From Candidatus Poriferisocius sp. (GTDB lineage Bacteria > Actinomycetota > Acidimicrobiia > Acidimicrobiales > Bin134), in contig OZ242341.1 in NCBI GenBank assembly GCA_965208545.1, positions 543,380 through 607,379 on the forward strand: a DNA stretch of 64,000 bases, written 5' to 3'. Position numbers and translations under genes: made by a program. This document shows, piece by piece, positions 34,099 through 44,187 of the stretch (positions are counted from its first letter, which is position 1; each line of letters starts with the position of its first letter). The notes beneath the pieces were generated by a model. The model was not told the DNA's origin, searched no databases, and saw only the letters and a program-made list of their open reading frames with translations.

Positions 34099-35442
34099 TT
34101 AGGCGATGAGGGCTTGGACCTCGGCCACCCGCTGTTCGACTTCATCAGGGGTGGGGGCTTCGAGATTCAGCCGCAGCAGGGGCTCGGTGTTGGAGGGCCG
34201 CAGATTGAACCACCAGTCGCCCAGGTCCACGGTGAGTCCGTCGAGTCGGTCTTGGCGGGCACTCGGGTAGGCGGCTGCCACCCGCTCGATCACCTTTGCC
34301 GCGTCGTCCACTGTGGAGTTGAGTTCGCCCGACGCCGCGTAGCGGTCAAGATCAGACACCAGGTCAGATAGGCCAGCCGGGTGGTGGCTAAGGGCTTCTA
34401 ACACCACCAGGGCGGCAATCAGCCCACTGTCGGCCCGATAGTTGTCCCTGAAGTAGTAGTGGCCCGAGTGCTCTCCTCCGAATACCGCGCCGGTGTCGGC
34501 CATGGACTGCTTGATGATGGAGTGGCCCACTCTGGTTCGCACCGCCGTGCCGCCCCCTTCGGCGATCACCTCGGGAACCGTTCGGGAGCAGATCAGATTG
34601 TGGATGATGGTGGCGCCGGGATCGCGGTCGAGAATCGAGCGGGCGATGATGGCGGTGGTGAGCGACCCCGAAACCGGTCGGGCGTTCTCATCCACCAAGA
34701 ACATTCGGTCGGCGTCTCCATCGAAGGCCATTCCCACGTCGGCATCCAATGCCAACACCCGATCCTGGAGGTCCCGCAGATTCTCGGGTTGGAGAGGGTC
34801 GGCCGGATGGTGGGGAAAGGTGCCGTCCAGTTCGGGGTACAAATGGTCGAGGACCAGGGGCAGTCCCTCGAAAACCGCGGGCACCACTAGGCCGCCCATG
34901 CCATTGGCGGTGTCAGCCACCACCAGCAGCGGTGCCAGTGCACCAACGTCAACAAACGAGCGGACATGAGCCACATAGTCGTCCAGCAAGTCGCGGGTGG
35001 TGCGGGCTCCCCTGGCCGCGCCAGGATCGGGGCCGGCGATCGCCATGGCCTTGATGGCTTCCAAGCCGGTGTCAGAGCTGATTGGAGCGGCCCCGGCCCC
35101 GCACATCTTGATCCCGTTGTAGCCGGCAGGATTGTGGGAGGCAGTGAACACTGCGCCGGGCAGGCCGAGGCTTCCCGAGGCGTAGTAGAGCATGTCGGTA
35201 GCACACAACCCCACGTCCACCACGTCGATGCCGTGGCCCATCACTCCATCGCCGAAGGCGGCGGCGAATTCCTCGCCCTCGGGGCGCATGTCCCGCCCGA
35301 CCAGCACTGCTTCGGCTCCCGATGAGGCCACGAAACGGGCGAAGGCACCGCCGATGGCCCGGGCGCCGTCGGCGTCGATCTGATCGCCCACGGTGCCCCT
35401 TATGTCGTAGGCCTTGAAAATGGCGTCGTAGTCGGTGGCCAT
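34099..35442 (-). CDS. phosphomannomutase/phosphoglucomutase
   Basis: FKAYDIRG at the N-terminus and the active-site loop TASHNPAGYNGIK. Confidence 0.9.
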   Translation of the reverse strand: MATDYDAIFKAYDIRGTVGDQIDADGARAIGGAFARFVASSGAEAVLVGRDMRPEGEEFAAAFGDGVMGHGIDVVDVGLCATDMLYYASGSLGLPGAVFTASHNPAGYNGIKMCGAGAAPISSDTGLEAIKAMAIAGPDPGAARGARTTRDLLDDYVAHVRSFVDVGALAPLLVVADTANGMGGLVVPAVFEGLPLVLDHLYPELDGTFPHHPADPLQPENLRDLQDRVLALDADVGMAFDGDADRMFLVDENARPVSGSLTTAIIARSILDRDPGATIIHNLICSRTVPEVIAEGGGTAVRTRVGHSIIKQSMADTGAVFGGEHSGHYYFRDNYRADSGLIAALVVLEALSHHPAGLSDLVSDLDRYAASGELNSTVDDAAKVIERVAAAYPSARQDRLDGLTVDLGDWWFNLRPSNTEPLLRLNLEAPTPDEVEQRVAEVQALIA

Positions 35443-35486
35443 GTCGGGTGGGCTAGCGCTTCAGGCGGTCGAGCGCCATCGGGTTC

Positions 35487-36314
35487 CTATTGCTTCTTGA
35501 GGTTCTGCTTCATCTCGTCGAGCTGCATCAAGATGGGATAGCCGCTGACGCTGATGGCGTTGCCGTGGCCGGTGTGATGGACGTCGAACACCGACTGAAG
35601 GGCGGTATAGAAGCCCTGCACGTCGAGGGTCTGGTTCACCGCCCGCTTGGCCTGGGCCAAGCCGAATGCGTTGTTCGTGGCGATCTGCGCGGCCAGCTCG
35701 TGAGTGCGCTCCCACAATTGGTCGCGGGGGACAACCTCTCGGGCCAGACCGATCTGGTGGGCTTCTTCGGCACCCAGTGTGCGCTGGGAGAACAGCAGGT
35801 CCTTGGCCCGGCGGGCGCCCAGCTCCCAGGTGTGGCCGTGGTATTCCACCCCACCGATGGCCATCAGCACCACCGGGTCGGAGAATTCCACGTCGTCGGC
35901 CACCACCAGCAGGTCCAGCGGCCAGATCAGGTTGAGGGCGCCAGCGATGGCCTTGCCCTGGATGGCGCCGATGGTGGGCTTGGGGATGTTGCGCCAGTGC
36001 CACGAATAGCCCAGGTACTTGCGGGCCTCCCACCGGTAGATCTTGTTCAACTGCCAGCTGCCGTCGGGCTCAGCCAGCGACACCGCGTCAGGATCGGGGG
36101 CGCCGCCCCCCAGATCGTGGCCAGCGGAGAAATGCCTGCCCTCGCCCCGCAGCACTATCACCTTCACATCGTCGTCGTACTCGGCGGCCAAGAAATGGTG
36201 GTGCAGCTCGTCGAGCATCCGCTCGTTTTGGGCGTTGGCCTTCTCGGGCCGAGCCAAAGTTATGGTGGCCACGGCGTCAGCGGTCTCGTAATCGACGTAT
36301 TTGTAGTCGTCCAT
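35487..36314 (-). CDS. enoyl-CoA hydratase/isomerase (crotonase) family
   Basis: ATITLARPEKANAQN plus crotonase-fold motifs. ATG 36314 is preceded by AAAGAGGA. Confidence 0.8.
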   Translation of the reverse strand: MDDYKYVDYETADAVATITLARPEKANAQNERMLDELHHHFLAAEYDDDVKVIVLRGEGRHFSAGHDLGGGAPDPDAVSLAEPDGSWQLNKIYRWEARKYLGYSWHWRNIPKPTIGAIQGKAIAGALNLIWPLDLLVVADDVEFSDPVVLMAIGGVEYHGHTWELGARRAKDLLFSQRTLGAEEAHQIGLAREVVPRDQLWERTHELAAQIATNNAFGLAQAKRAVNQTLDVQGFYTALQSVFDVHHTGHGNAISVSGYPILMQLDEMKQNLKKQ

Positions 36315-36366
36315 AGCGTGTCCTCTTTCGATGCTTGCAAATGGGAGTTTTACCACGATCTCGGTG

Positions 36367-39027
36367 TTAGGCCTTGTTGAGGGCGGCGGCTTCCAGAACG
36401 GCCAAGGTTTGATCGGCGATGGGTTCCCAGTCGAAAGCAGGGCGGCGCTCGATCAGGGCCTGGCGGGAGCGGTCCAGCTCTTGAGGGGTGAGCTCGTCGA
36501 GACACCGGGTGAGGTCTTCGACAGTTGAGCCGTAGCGGATGTCGGCGTCGGTGAAGGTCTCGTCGAAGAAATCCCAGTCGCTGGTGATGGCGGGCACCCC
36601 CGCCCCCAGGCAGTCGAACGCGGTGCCGGTGGTGAGCATCCCGGAGGGGGCAAACGGGAGAATGACAGCGTCAAAGGCCTTCATGCGCCGCAGATACTGG
36701 TTGAAGTCAAGATGGCCATGCTCAGCGATGATGCGGGGATCGTCGGGCACGGCCACCGACAGGTCCACCCGGATGACCAGTTGGATGTCGTCTCGGGCAC
36801 AGGCCGCCACCGCGTCCACCACCAGTTGCAGGTCCTTCTCCACTCGGGGGGTGCCGATCACAGCTACTCGGAGACCGCACGGCGCCCATCCCTCGGACAG
36901 TTCTACGTCTTGCCGGGTGGTGTTGGCCACCGCTTCGTATTCGCGGCCCCAGTGGCCGTGAGGAATGACATGGTGCTCGGTGTGAGCGCCGTAGCGGTAG
37001 GTGCCCAGGGCCACGTCCCGACCCACTTCGCTGTGATGGATGACCGCGTCGGCCGCCTCGGCCCACAGTTGATAGCTGGCCGCGGCCTCGTCAGTCTTGA
37101 AGAAGTGGGGGAGCAGGTTGTGCTGGGTCCACACGACGGCGGTGCCGGTGGCCTTGACCTGCTCCAGCACTTCGGCGGTGCGCTCGGGGTCGACACCGCT
37201 CCACCACTCGGGCCAGGCCATGTGCAGCACGTCGATGTCCCGCAGCCTTCTGATCAGCTTGTCGTCGGGAATGCCCGCGCCGGATGCCACCACTCGGTCG
37301 GCCAGCGGGTCGTACAGCGATCGGTCGTAGGGGTGGCCGTGAATGGTGCTGGCCACCCGCAGCCGGGGAGTGATCCTCCAGGTGAAGTCCACCGAAGCGG
37401 CTGGTTCGATCTCAGCCTGGATCACCCGGGGCAGCTCGCCCCAGAAACTGCGCCACTCAGCTACCCCGGCGGTGTCAATGGCCTGAACCCGACCGGTGTC
37501 GATCCCCACGTCAATCGGCCGAGCATCGGATTCGGCCACCGAAAGGGTGAGGGGGCCGGGCAGGGCGTCGGGGTCGTCAAATCGGAGTTGTTCGGACACG
37601 ACCAGCGAACGGCCTTCTACCTTGTATGTGGCGGTTCTGCTTCCGGCCACCACCGGATCGCTGCTTCCCGCTGGTGCCCATCCGTCGTGGACCACTGTGA
37701 CTGCCCCAGGAGTGTGCTCCACCGATACGGGCAGACCGGCGGGAATCAGCGGGGCACTGCTGGTGCCAGCCATTTCGTCTCGCCCCCGGGGGGAAATCAC
37801 CGGCAGCATAACCGGATGCCCGGAAGTGGGCTGCTCCAACAGACCAGGTCCCCGAGGGGAAGAGGCGTAATCGGCGGAGAAGCCAAAAACGGTGGGCAGC
37901 GCCAACGACAGTGACTTCGACCGGTACGACCACACCGTGGCCCGCCCGGAATCGTCGAATCGGACGAATCGCTCGGCCGGCAGGAAGGCATCGGTAGATG
38001 GCGCGCCCGTCACCTCTGGTCTGCGGCGCAGCTCCAGGGCCGACAGAAGGAGCTTTCCATAGATGTCCAAGGTCATCTGAAGCCGCCGGGCCGGGCCCCG
38101 GTAGAACATTGCCGCCCGGTTCTGGTGGGCGGCGATCACCCCGTTGGGGAACCATTCCAGTAAATCGCCGAGCGTGGCGTCGGCCCGGGCCAACCAGCGG
38201 TCTTGCGGGGCGTTCAGGTCGCGCCCGGCCGCAATGGCGGCCAGTTCAATGGTTATGGCCATGCCCAGCGCGCCGATGGAGCGCCCCCACATAACGGCCC
38301 CGCCCGGCTGGGCCACCTCGTCGAGATCGCGAAGCACCTGGGACAGCCCGTCGGCCCATCCGGGACCGAGTTGGTCTACGAGGGGCTCGGCGAACAGGTA
38401 CATGTCGGGGGTGTAGATGTCGAAGTGGACGAAGGCCCCCATGCCGTCGTTGAGCCAGCCGGTGGGGCTAGTGAACATGGAGCGCACCCGATCCAGCAGC
38501 TGAGGAAGCTCGGCCGGTTCGTCGTCTCCCTGGAGGCGAGCCAGAGCCCGCAGACATCGGGTGGCCACCACCGCGAAATTTGGGGGGATGGCATCGGTGT
38601 CCTCGAGCCGGGCGATGATCTCTTTGGAGTGCACGGCGTCGAGCACAGGTTGGCGCAGCTCGGCGGGCAGCGTATCCAGGCCGCCCAACCGCAACACGGT
38701 CTCGCCAACCCGGTAGCTGTAGAAGCCCTCGACGGCGGCAGGGTCTAGCGAGGCGATAAGCGGCGGGATTCGGTCTTGCAGGGCGCACCCGGCAACCTCG
38801 TCAACCCCGCATTCGATGAGCAGCCCCAGCACGTACATGAGGTCGGCAGTGGTGTCGTCGAGCACTGGATGCCCGGCGTACAGGCCGGGCAGGTTGAAGC
38901 CGGGAGCGGCCGACTGCTCGAACTCGGCCATCTTCTCGGCTGTCGCCGTCACCAGGCGGTCGGCCAGCGCCCCGGCGGTGGTGGCCTCAGCCAGCGGGAG
39001 TTCGGGAAAGCGAAAATCCAGGCTCAT
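36367..39027 (-). CDS. large two-part protein: unknown N-terminal region of about 560 aa fused to a GT-B-type glycosyltransferase-like C-terminal domain
   Basis: ATG 39027 forms an ATGA overlap with the upstream gene stop. The C-terminal part has a two-Rossmann layout (VAVIGTPRVEKD.., ..LPFAPSGMLTTGTAFDCLGAGVPAITSD). Confidence 0.5.
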   Translation of the reverse strand: MSLDFRFPELPLAEATTAGALADRLVTATAEKMAEFEQSAAPGFNLPGLYAGHPVLDDTTADLMYVLGLLIECGVDEVAGCALQDRIPPLIASLDPAAVEGFYSYRVGETVLRLGGLDTLPAELRQPVLDAVHSKEIIARLEDTDAIPPNFAVVATRCLRALARLQGDDEPAELPQLLDRVRSMFTSPTGWLNDGMGAFVHFDIYTPDMYLFAEPLVDQLGPGWADGLSQVLRDLDEVAQPGGAVMWGRSIGALGMAITIELAAIAAGRDLNAPQDRWLARADATLGDLLEWFPNGVIAAHQNRAAMFYRGPARRLQMTLDIYGKLLLSALELRRRPEVTGAPSTDAFLPAERFVRFDDSGRATVWSYRSKSLSLALPTVFGFSADYASSPRGPGLLEQPTSGHPVMLPVISPRGRDEMAGTSSAPLIPAGLPVSVEHTPGAVTVVHDGWAPAGSSDPVVAGSRTATYKVEGRSLVVSEQLRFDDPDALPGPLTLSVAESDARPIDVGIDTGRVQAIDTAGVAEWRSFWGELPRVIQAEIEPAASVDFTWRITPRLRVASTIHGHPYDRSLYDPLADRVVASGAGIPDDKLIRRLRDIDVLHMAWPEWWSGVDPERTAEVLEQVKATGTAVVWTQHNLLPHFFKTDEAAASYQLWAEAADAVIHHSEVGRDVALGTYRYGAHTEHHVIPHGHWGREYEAVANTTRQDVELSEGWAPCGLRVAVIGTPRVEKDLQLVVDAVAACARDDIQLVIRVDLSVAVPDDPRIIAEHGHLDFNQYLRRMKAFDAVILPFAPSGMLTTGTAFDCLGAGVPAITSDWDFFDETFTDADIRYGSTVEDLTRCLDELTPQELDRSRQALIERRPAFDWEPIADQTLAVLEAAALNKA

Positions 39028-40022
39028 GCCATGGTGGCCAATCGGTTGCGGGTCACCTCGTTGAGGGCCGGTTCGCCGGCGGACCAACGGCGGACCTCTT
39101 CGATCGCGTAGTCGGTCATGCGGGCCAGCTCGGTGCCCTGGCTCCCGGCCAGATGGGGGCTGATCCACACGTTGGGCAATTCCAGTAGCGGGCTGTCTTC
39201 GGGCAGCGGCTCGGGATCGGTGACGTCCAAGATGGCGTAGAGCCGCCCCGATTCCAGATGGGACGTGAGCGCCTCGTGGTCGATCAGCGGGCCGCGGGCG
39301 GTGTTGATCACCGTGGCGCCGTCGGGCAGTGCCGAGAGCTGGTCGGCGCCGATCATGTGCATGGTCTCAGGCAGGGCCGGCGCGTGGATGGACAACACGT
39401 CGGCGCTGGCGCACAGCTCGTTGAGCTCCAGCTTCTCAACCCCCAGAGAGGCTGCTTCTTCGGAGGCGACGTAGGGGTCATACAGAGTCACCTTCAAGTG
39501 AGGGAAGGGCCGCAGCAACTCGATCACCCGCCGGCCGATCAACGAGGCCCCGACAATGCCGATGGTGCGGCCATGGTTGCCCCACTGGCGGTCGCCCATG
39601 GCCGACATGGCCGAGAAGTCCGCCGGGCCCCGGCGCCACAGAATGCCCTTGTTGGCAAACAAGATGGCGGCCAAGGTGAACTCGGCCACCGGTTCGGCAT
39701 TGGCATTGGCTCCGCTGGTCACCCGAATGTCGCGATCCCACACCGCATCGGTCAAGGTCATCTTTACCGTGCCCGCGGCGTAGGCAAAGAGCCCCAGTTT
39801 CGGGGCCCGATCCAGCATGGCGGCGTCCAGCGGCGGGCACCCCCAATGGCCGACGATCACCTCGGCTTCGGCCAGCACGGCGCTGGCTTCATCGTCCCAT
39901 GCCCCGATGGGCTCGTCATTCAACAGCGAACCCAAAGCCCGCAGCCGGTCGAGATCGGCCTCGCCGAACAAATCCATGCCCGGCCAGTGGGCGATTGCGA
40001 TGTTGGGTTGCCCTCGGCTCAT
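39024..40022 (-). CDS. D-isomer-specific 2-hydroxyacid dehydrogenase family
   Basis: NAD-binding motif IGIVGASLIGRRV and catalytic region SPHLAGS. An alternative start is at 40064. Confidence 0.75.
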   Translation of the reverse strand: MSRGQPNIAIAHWPGMDLFGEADLDRLRALGSLLNDEPIGAWDDEASAVLAEAEVIVGHWGCPPLDAAMLDRAPKLGLFAYAAGTVKMTLTDAVWDRDIRVTSGANANAEPVAEFTLAAILFANKGILWRRGPADFSAMSAMGDRQWGNHGRTIGIVGASLIGRRVIELLRPFPHLKVTLYDPYVASEEAASLGVEKLELNELCASADVLSIHAPALPETMHMIGADQLSALPDGATVINTARGPLIDHEALTSHLESGRLYAILDVTDPEPLPEDSPLLELPNVWISPHLAGSQGTELARMTDYAIEEVRRWSAGEPALNEVTRNRLATMA

Positions 40023-40084
40023 TGTCAGCAGTCTCCCAATATCGGCTAGACCATTCACAAGCAAGACCGAAAAGGGGAACGGAT

Positions 40085-40936
40085 ATGGCCGATCTGGTCA
40101 ACTACGAGGGCAAGCGGGTGCTGGTGGTGGGCGGGGCCACCGGGATGGGAGCGGCGGCCGCCCAGAAAGCGGCCTCGCTGGGAGCTCACACCATCGTTTT
40201 GGACATTGCCGACGTCGCCTACGAGTGCGGGGAGTACATCCATGTCAACCTGGGCGATCAGGCCAGTGTTGACGCGGCCGTCGAGGCCATCGAAGGGCCA
40301 GTGCACACCGTGTTGGCGTGTGCGGGGGTGGCCGACGGCACCGGCAATCTGATGCTGATCAACTTCACCTCCCAGCGCCATCTCATTGAAGCGCTGATCA
40401 AGGGCGGCAAGCTGGGCCGAGGCAGCTCGGTGAGCTTTATCTCGTCGGCGGCCGGGTTGGGCTGGATGAGCAACCTCGAGCAGGTGCAGGACTTTCTGGC
40501 CACCCCCGACTGGGACACCGCGGCGGCGTGGATCGACGAGCACGAGGGCACCGACAGCTACATGTTCAGCAAGCAGGCCATCAATGGCTATGTGGCCGCG
40601 CAGGCGTTCCCCTTCCTGCAAAAGGGCATGCGCATCAACTCCATCATGCCCGGCCCCACCGACACCCCCTTGGCCCGGGCCAACGCCGACCTGTGGCTGG
40701 CGTTTGGAGCCAGTTACCGGGAGGCCGCCGATGTGCCCACCCTGGTTCCCGAGCAGATGGGCGACACGCTGCTGTTCTTGAGCAGCGACGCGGCCAGCGG
40801 CATCAACGGGATCAACCTGCTGGTGGACCAGGGCCACACCAACGCCTCACTGGTGGACGCCTGGGACGACCCGTTTGTGAAGGTCATGGCCGGGATGATG
40901 GATTTCGATCCGGCCATGTTCGGGATGGACGAGTGA
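40085..40936 (+). CDS. short-chain dehydrogenase/reductase
   Basis: AAGGGGA RBS. VLVVGGATGMGAAAA glycine motif. Confidence 0.75.
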   Translation: MADLVNYEGKRVLVVGGATGMGAAAAQKAASLGAHTIVLDIADVAYECGEYIHVNLGDQASVDAAVEAIEGPVHTVLACAGVADGTGNLMLINFTSQRHLIEALIKGGKLGRGSSVSFISSAAGLGWMSNLEQVQDFLATPDWDTAAAWIDEHEGTDSYMFSKQAINGYVAAQAFPFLQKGMRINSIMPGPTDTPLARANADLWLAFGASYREAADVPTLVPEQMGDTLLFLSSDAASGINGINLLVDQGHTNASLVDAWDDPFVKVMAGMMDFDPAMFGMDE

Positions 40937-40949
40937 GGCATAACGCTCT

Positions 40950-41789
40950 ATGAGCGGCGAACTGCCTGACATCTTGGAGCTCACCGAAGTCGGTGAGCGT
41001 CGCTATCACGTTTTCCAGCCGGCGGAGTCGGCTGAGGGGCGCGATGTGGTGTTCAGCGGCCAGCTCATGGCCCAGATGATGATGGCGTCGGATCGGGAGG
41101 TGGGCGGGGCCAAGGACATTCGCTCCGTTCACTCCATCTTCGCCCGGGCCGGCACCTACACCCTGCCCATCGAAGTCGACGTCGACTCCATGCAGGCCGG
41201 GCGCACTTGGGCCAGCGATGCGGTGACCGCCACCCAGGGGGGCAGGCTGCTCAGCCGGGCGCTGATCTTGATGAGCACGGTGGACGACGACTTGATGCGC
41301 CACGAGCCTGCAATGCCCGATGTGCCCGGTCCCGACGGCTTGGACCCCGGATTCGCCTTCATCTTCCCCGGGGCCGAGTGGCGGCCGGTGCTGGGCGAGC
41401 CGGAAATCGACGGAATGCCGGTGGAGCGGGCCTGGCACCGCTACGAACCGGGGGTTGACTCTCAGGCGGCCAACCAGGGCATCGCGGGTTGGGCCACCTG
41501 CGGCAACATCATCGGTTTGGCCATGCGCCCCCACCGGGACACAATCCGCATCGAGGACGCCCACCGCACCCTCTCTACCGGGGTGATCGCCCACACCCTC
41601 CACTTTCTGGATCGCCTAGACGTTTCTCAGTGGCTGCTCATCCAGATGCTGGGCACCAAGGCGGCCAATGGACGGGTCTATGGCCAGGGCGAGGTGTTTA
41701 CCGCTGAGGGCCAGTTGGTGGCTACCTTCCAACAAGACTCCATGGCCAAAGCCGCCCCCGCCCCCATGGACCCCTCCCGCTCCATGTAG
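40950..41789 (+). CDS. acyl-CoA thioesterase II (TesB-like double hotdog)
   Basis: Size and motifs: FSGQLMAQMMMAS, and a second hotdog half with HTLHF. Confidence 0.7.
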   Translation: MSGELPDILELTEVGERRYHVFQPAESAEGRDVVFSGQLMAQMMMASDREVGGAKDIRSVHSIFARAGTYTLPIEVDVDSMQAGRTWASDAVTATQGGRLLSRALILMSTVDDDLMRHEPAMPDVPGPDGLDPGFAFIFPGAEWRPVLGEPEIDGMPVERAWHRYEPGVDSQAANQGIAGWATCGNIIGLAMRPHRDTIRIEDAHRTLSTGVIAHTLHFLDRLDVSQWLLIQMLGTKAANGRVYGQGEVFTAEGQLVATFQQDSMAKAAPAPMDPSRSM

Positions 41790-41806
41790 CAGGCATTACT
41801 CGGCGA

Positions 41807-43261
41807 TTACACAGTGGTGTCGTCGAGGATCATCAGGGTCTTGAGATCGCTGTGGAAGTCGAGGGCGTAGTCGCCGCCCTCTCGGCCTATACCGGAGATG
41901 CCGCAGCCGCCGAATGGGGCGGTGAGGTCGCGCACCAAGAAGGTGTTGACCCACACCAGACCAGCCCGCACCGCCGCGCCCACCCGTTCGGCCTTTGACT
42001 GTGACGCTGTCCAGATCTGGGCGGCCAGCCCGTAGTCGGTGCTGTTGGCCAAAGCGACGGCTTCGGCCTCGTCGGCAAAAGTCTGGAAGGTGAGCACCGG
42101 GCCGAAGATCTCCCGCTGCACCACCTCGCTGTCGTTGGACGCCGGTTCGATGAGCGTCGGCTCGTAGTGGAGGCTCTCGTCAACCGGGTGGCCACCCCGC
42201 ACGATGACATCGCCCGCTTCCCGGGCCCGCTCCACGAACCCGTGGACTCGATCGAGGTGGTCGGGGTGGGCCAATGGGGCGATGTCGGTTGCTGGATCCC
42301 GGGGGTCGCCCAGCACTAGAGCATCCGCGTGGTGGTGGAACCGTTCCAAGAACTCGTCTCTGACCTCGGCAGCCACCAGCAGCCGGGTGCCGGCCAGACA
42401 CACCTGTCCCGAGTCGTCGAACTGCCAGGCCGCTCGGTGGGCGGCAGCATCGAGATCGGCGTCGGCGAACACCACCAACGGTCCCTTGCCGCCAAGTTCT
42501 GCGGTGAACGGGACGATGTTGGCCGCCGCGGCCCGCCCGATGTGACGGGCGGTCTCCGGCGATCCGGTGAAGGTGATGCGGCGCATTCGGGGGTCGGCCA
42601 CCAGCGCGGCCCCCACCTCCTCGCCGATGCCCTGCACCAGGTTGTAGGCGCCGGGCGGGAATCCGGCCTCCAGGGTGAGCTCGGCCAGGAGCGCTGCCGA
42701 CAGCGGAGACCACTCGGCCGGTTTGTGGATGACGCTGTTTCCGGCGGCCAGCGCAGGGGCCAGCTTCCAGGTGCTGAGCATGAACGGCGCATTCCAGGGG
42801 GTGATGACTAACGCCGGGCCAGCGGGCATGCGCTGCACCTGGTTCCGCATGCTCTTGGCGTCCCAGGTGCGGTTCTCGTGCTCGGTGATCAGGTCGGCAT
42901 AAGTGCGGAAGTTCAGCGCGCCCCGAGCCACCAGCCGCTGCTTCATGGACTCATAGAGAAAGCCCATGTCCAGGGTCTCCACCAGGGCGATGTCGTCGTT
43001 GCGGGCCTCAATCAGATCGGCCAGTCGGTGGAGCGCGTCGGCTCGCTCCCCGACGCTGAAGGCGCTCCAGGCCTCGAAGCCCTCCACCGCGGCAGCAACC
43101 GCGGCGTCCGTCGTGGCGTCGTCGCCCCGAGCGACATCGGCCAGGTGCTCCCAGCCCATCGGCGACCGGGTCTCGAACCGGTGAGGCGAGGACACCCACG
43201 ATCCCCCAATCAAATGGTCGACCGGCACCGACACCCCGCCGACGTCATGGCGGGTCCCCAT
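41807..43261 (-). CDS. NAD(P)-dependent aldehyde dehydrogenase
   Basis: FTGS, ELGGK and the catalytic-Cys region GQVCLAGTR. The internal ATG 43261 is chosen because the longer ORF overlaps the upstream gene. Confidence 0.85.
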   Translation of the reverse strand: MGTRHDVGGVSVPVDHLIGGSWVSSPHRFETRSPMGWEHLADVARGDDATTDAAVAAAVEGFEAWSAFSVGERADALHRLADLIEARNDDIALVETLDMGFLYESMKQRLVARGALNFRTYADLITEHENRTWDAKSMRNQVQRMPAGPALVITPWNAPFMLSTWKLAPALAAGNSVIHKPAEWSPLSAALLAELTLEAGFPPGAYNLVQGIGEEVGAALVADPRMRRITFTGSPETARHIGRAAAANIVPFTAELGGKGPLVVFADADLDAAAHRAAWQFDDSGQVCLAGTRLLVAAEVRDEFLERFHHHADALVLGDPRDPATDIAPLAHPDHLDRVHGFVERAREAGDVIVRGGHPVDESLHYEPTLIEPASNDSEVVQREIFGPVLTFQTFADEAEAVALANSTDYGLAAQIWTASQSKAERVGAAVRAGLVWVNTFLVRDLTAPFGGCGISGIGREGGDYALDFHSDLKTLMILDDTTV

Positions 43262-43277
43262 GCCAATCTTCACCGCG

Positions 43278-44162
43278 TCATTCCTCCTCGACAGTGGACT
43301 CGTAGTGCTGGGCGCCAGGGCCGAGGGGGGCGCGGATGCCCCGAAACTCCCAATCCCCGCCCTTGGCGGTGGACTGCACTTCCTCGGAATTCGACGGCTG
43401 CGCGCCCACATCGTCTCGGATGGGGGTGGGGCCGGAGACGATGGTGTTGGTGAGCGCGCCCAGGCCCTCCACCTCCACAGTGACCACATCGCCGGGCACC
43501 ACCGGTCGGGAATGGGCCGGCGTTCCCGACAAGAGGATGTCGCCCGGCACCAGCGTGATGGTCCGGGCGATGTCGGCCACGATGTAGTGCATGTCCCACT
43601 CCATCTCGTCGGTGGTGGCATCTTGTTTGACCTCACCGTTCACGATGGTCTGGATGCGCTTGCCCCGGAAGTCCCAATCGGTGACCAGGCCGGGGCCCAC
43701 CGGGCACAAGGTGTCGCTGCCCTTCACCCGCAGCATCGACCCGGCATCGGTGTCCCGAAAGTCGTGGAGGCCGTAGTCGTTGGCCACGCTGTAGCCGGCG
43801 ATGTAGTTACCGGCGTCGGCGGGGGACACGTTGCGGCAGGTTTTGCCGATCACGATGGCGATCTCGCCCTCGTAGTTGAGCCATTCACAGCCGATTGGGC
43901 GCACGACGTCGCTTTTGTGGCCGGTGAGTGCGGTGATCGGCTTATGGAAGTAGGTCGGCGCGGGCGGGAGCTTGGTCATGAACTCCTCCACACGGCTGCG
44001 GTAGTTCAGGTGGATGCAGATGATCTTGGTAGGCGTGACCGGCGCCAAATGGACGGCATCATCGATGGTCACCGATCGGCCGTCACCAGAGACCAGCCGG
44101 TTTCCGATGCGTTCGACATCGCAGGGATAACCGTCGAGGAGGATGCGGCGGAATTCGGGCAT
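43278..44162 (-). CDS. fumarylacetoacetate hydrolase (FAH) family hydratase/isomerase/decarboxylase
   Basis: KIICIHLNY, YEGEIAIVIGK and TGTPAHS-type motifs. ATG 44162. Confidence 0.8.
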   Translation of the reverse strand: MPEFRRILLDGYPCDVERIGNRLVSGDGRSVTIDDAVHLAPVTPTKIICIHLNYRSRVEEFMTKLPPAPTYFHKPITALTGHKSDVVRPIGCEWLNYEGEIAIVIGKTCRNVSPADAGNYIAGYSVANDYGLHDFRDTDAGSMLRVKGSDTLCPVGPGLVTDWDFRGKRIQTIVNGEVKQDATTDEMEWDMHYIVADIARTITLVPGDILLSGTPAHSRPVVPGDVVTVEVEGLGALTNTIVSGPTPIRDDVGAQPSNSEEVQSTAKGGDWEFRGIRAPLGPGAQHYESTVEEE

Positions 44163-44187
44163 GTCTGGCAATCTACCTAGGGATCCC

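Noticed and set aside
41807-43636. Long 5' extensions of tracked ORFs (also 1527-2603, 36367-39168, 46378-48081, 58140-59432, 43278-44300 and 5430-6203)
   Set aside because: The extensions overlap the upstream gene and translate to Arg/Pro/Ser-rich sequence. Internal starts give ATGA/TGATG junctions or have Shine-Dalgarno sequences, and they give family-typical N-termini.
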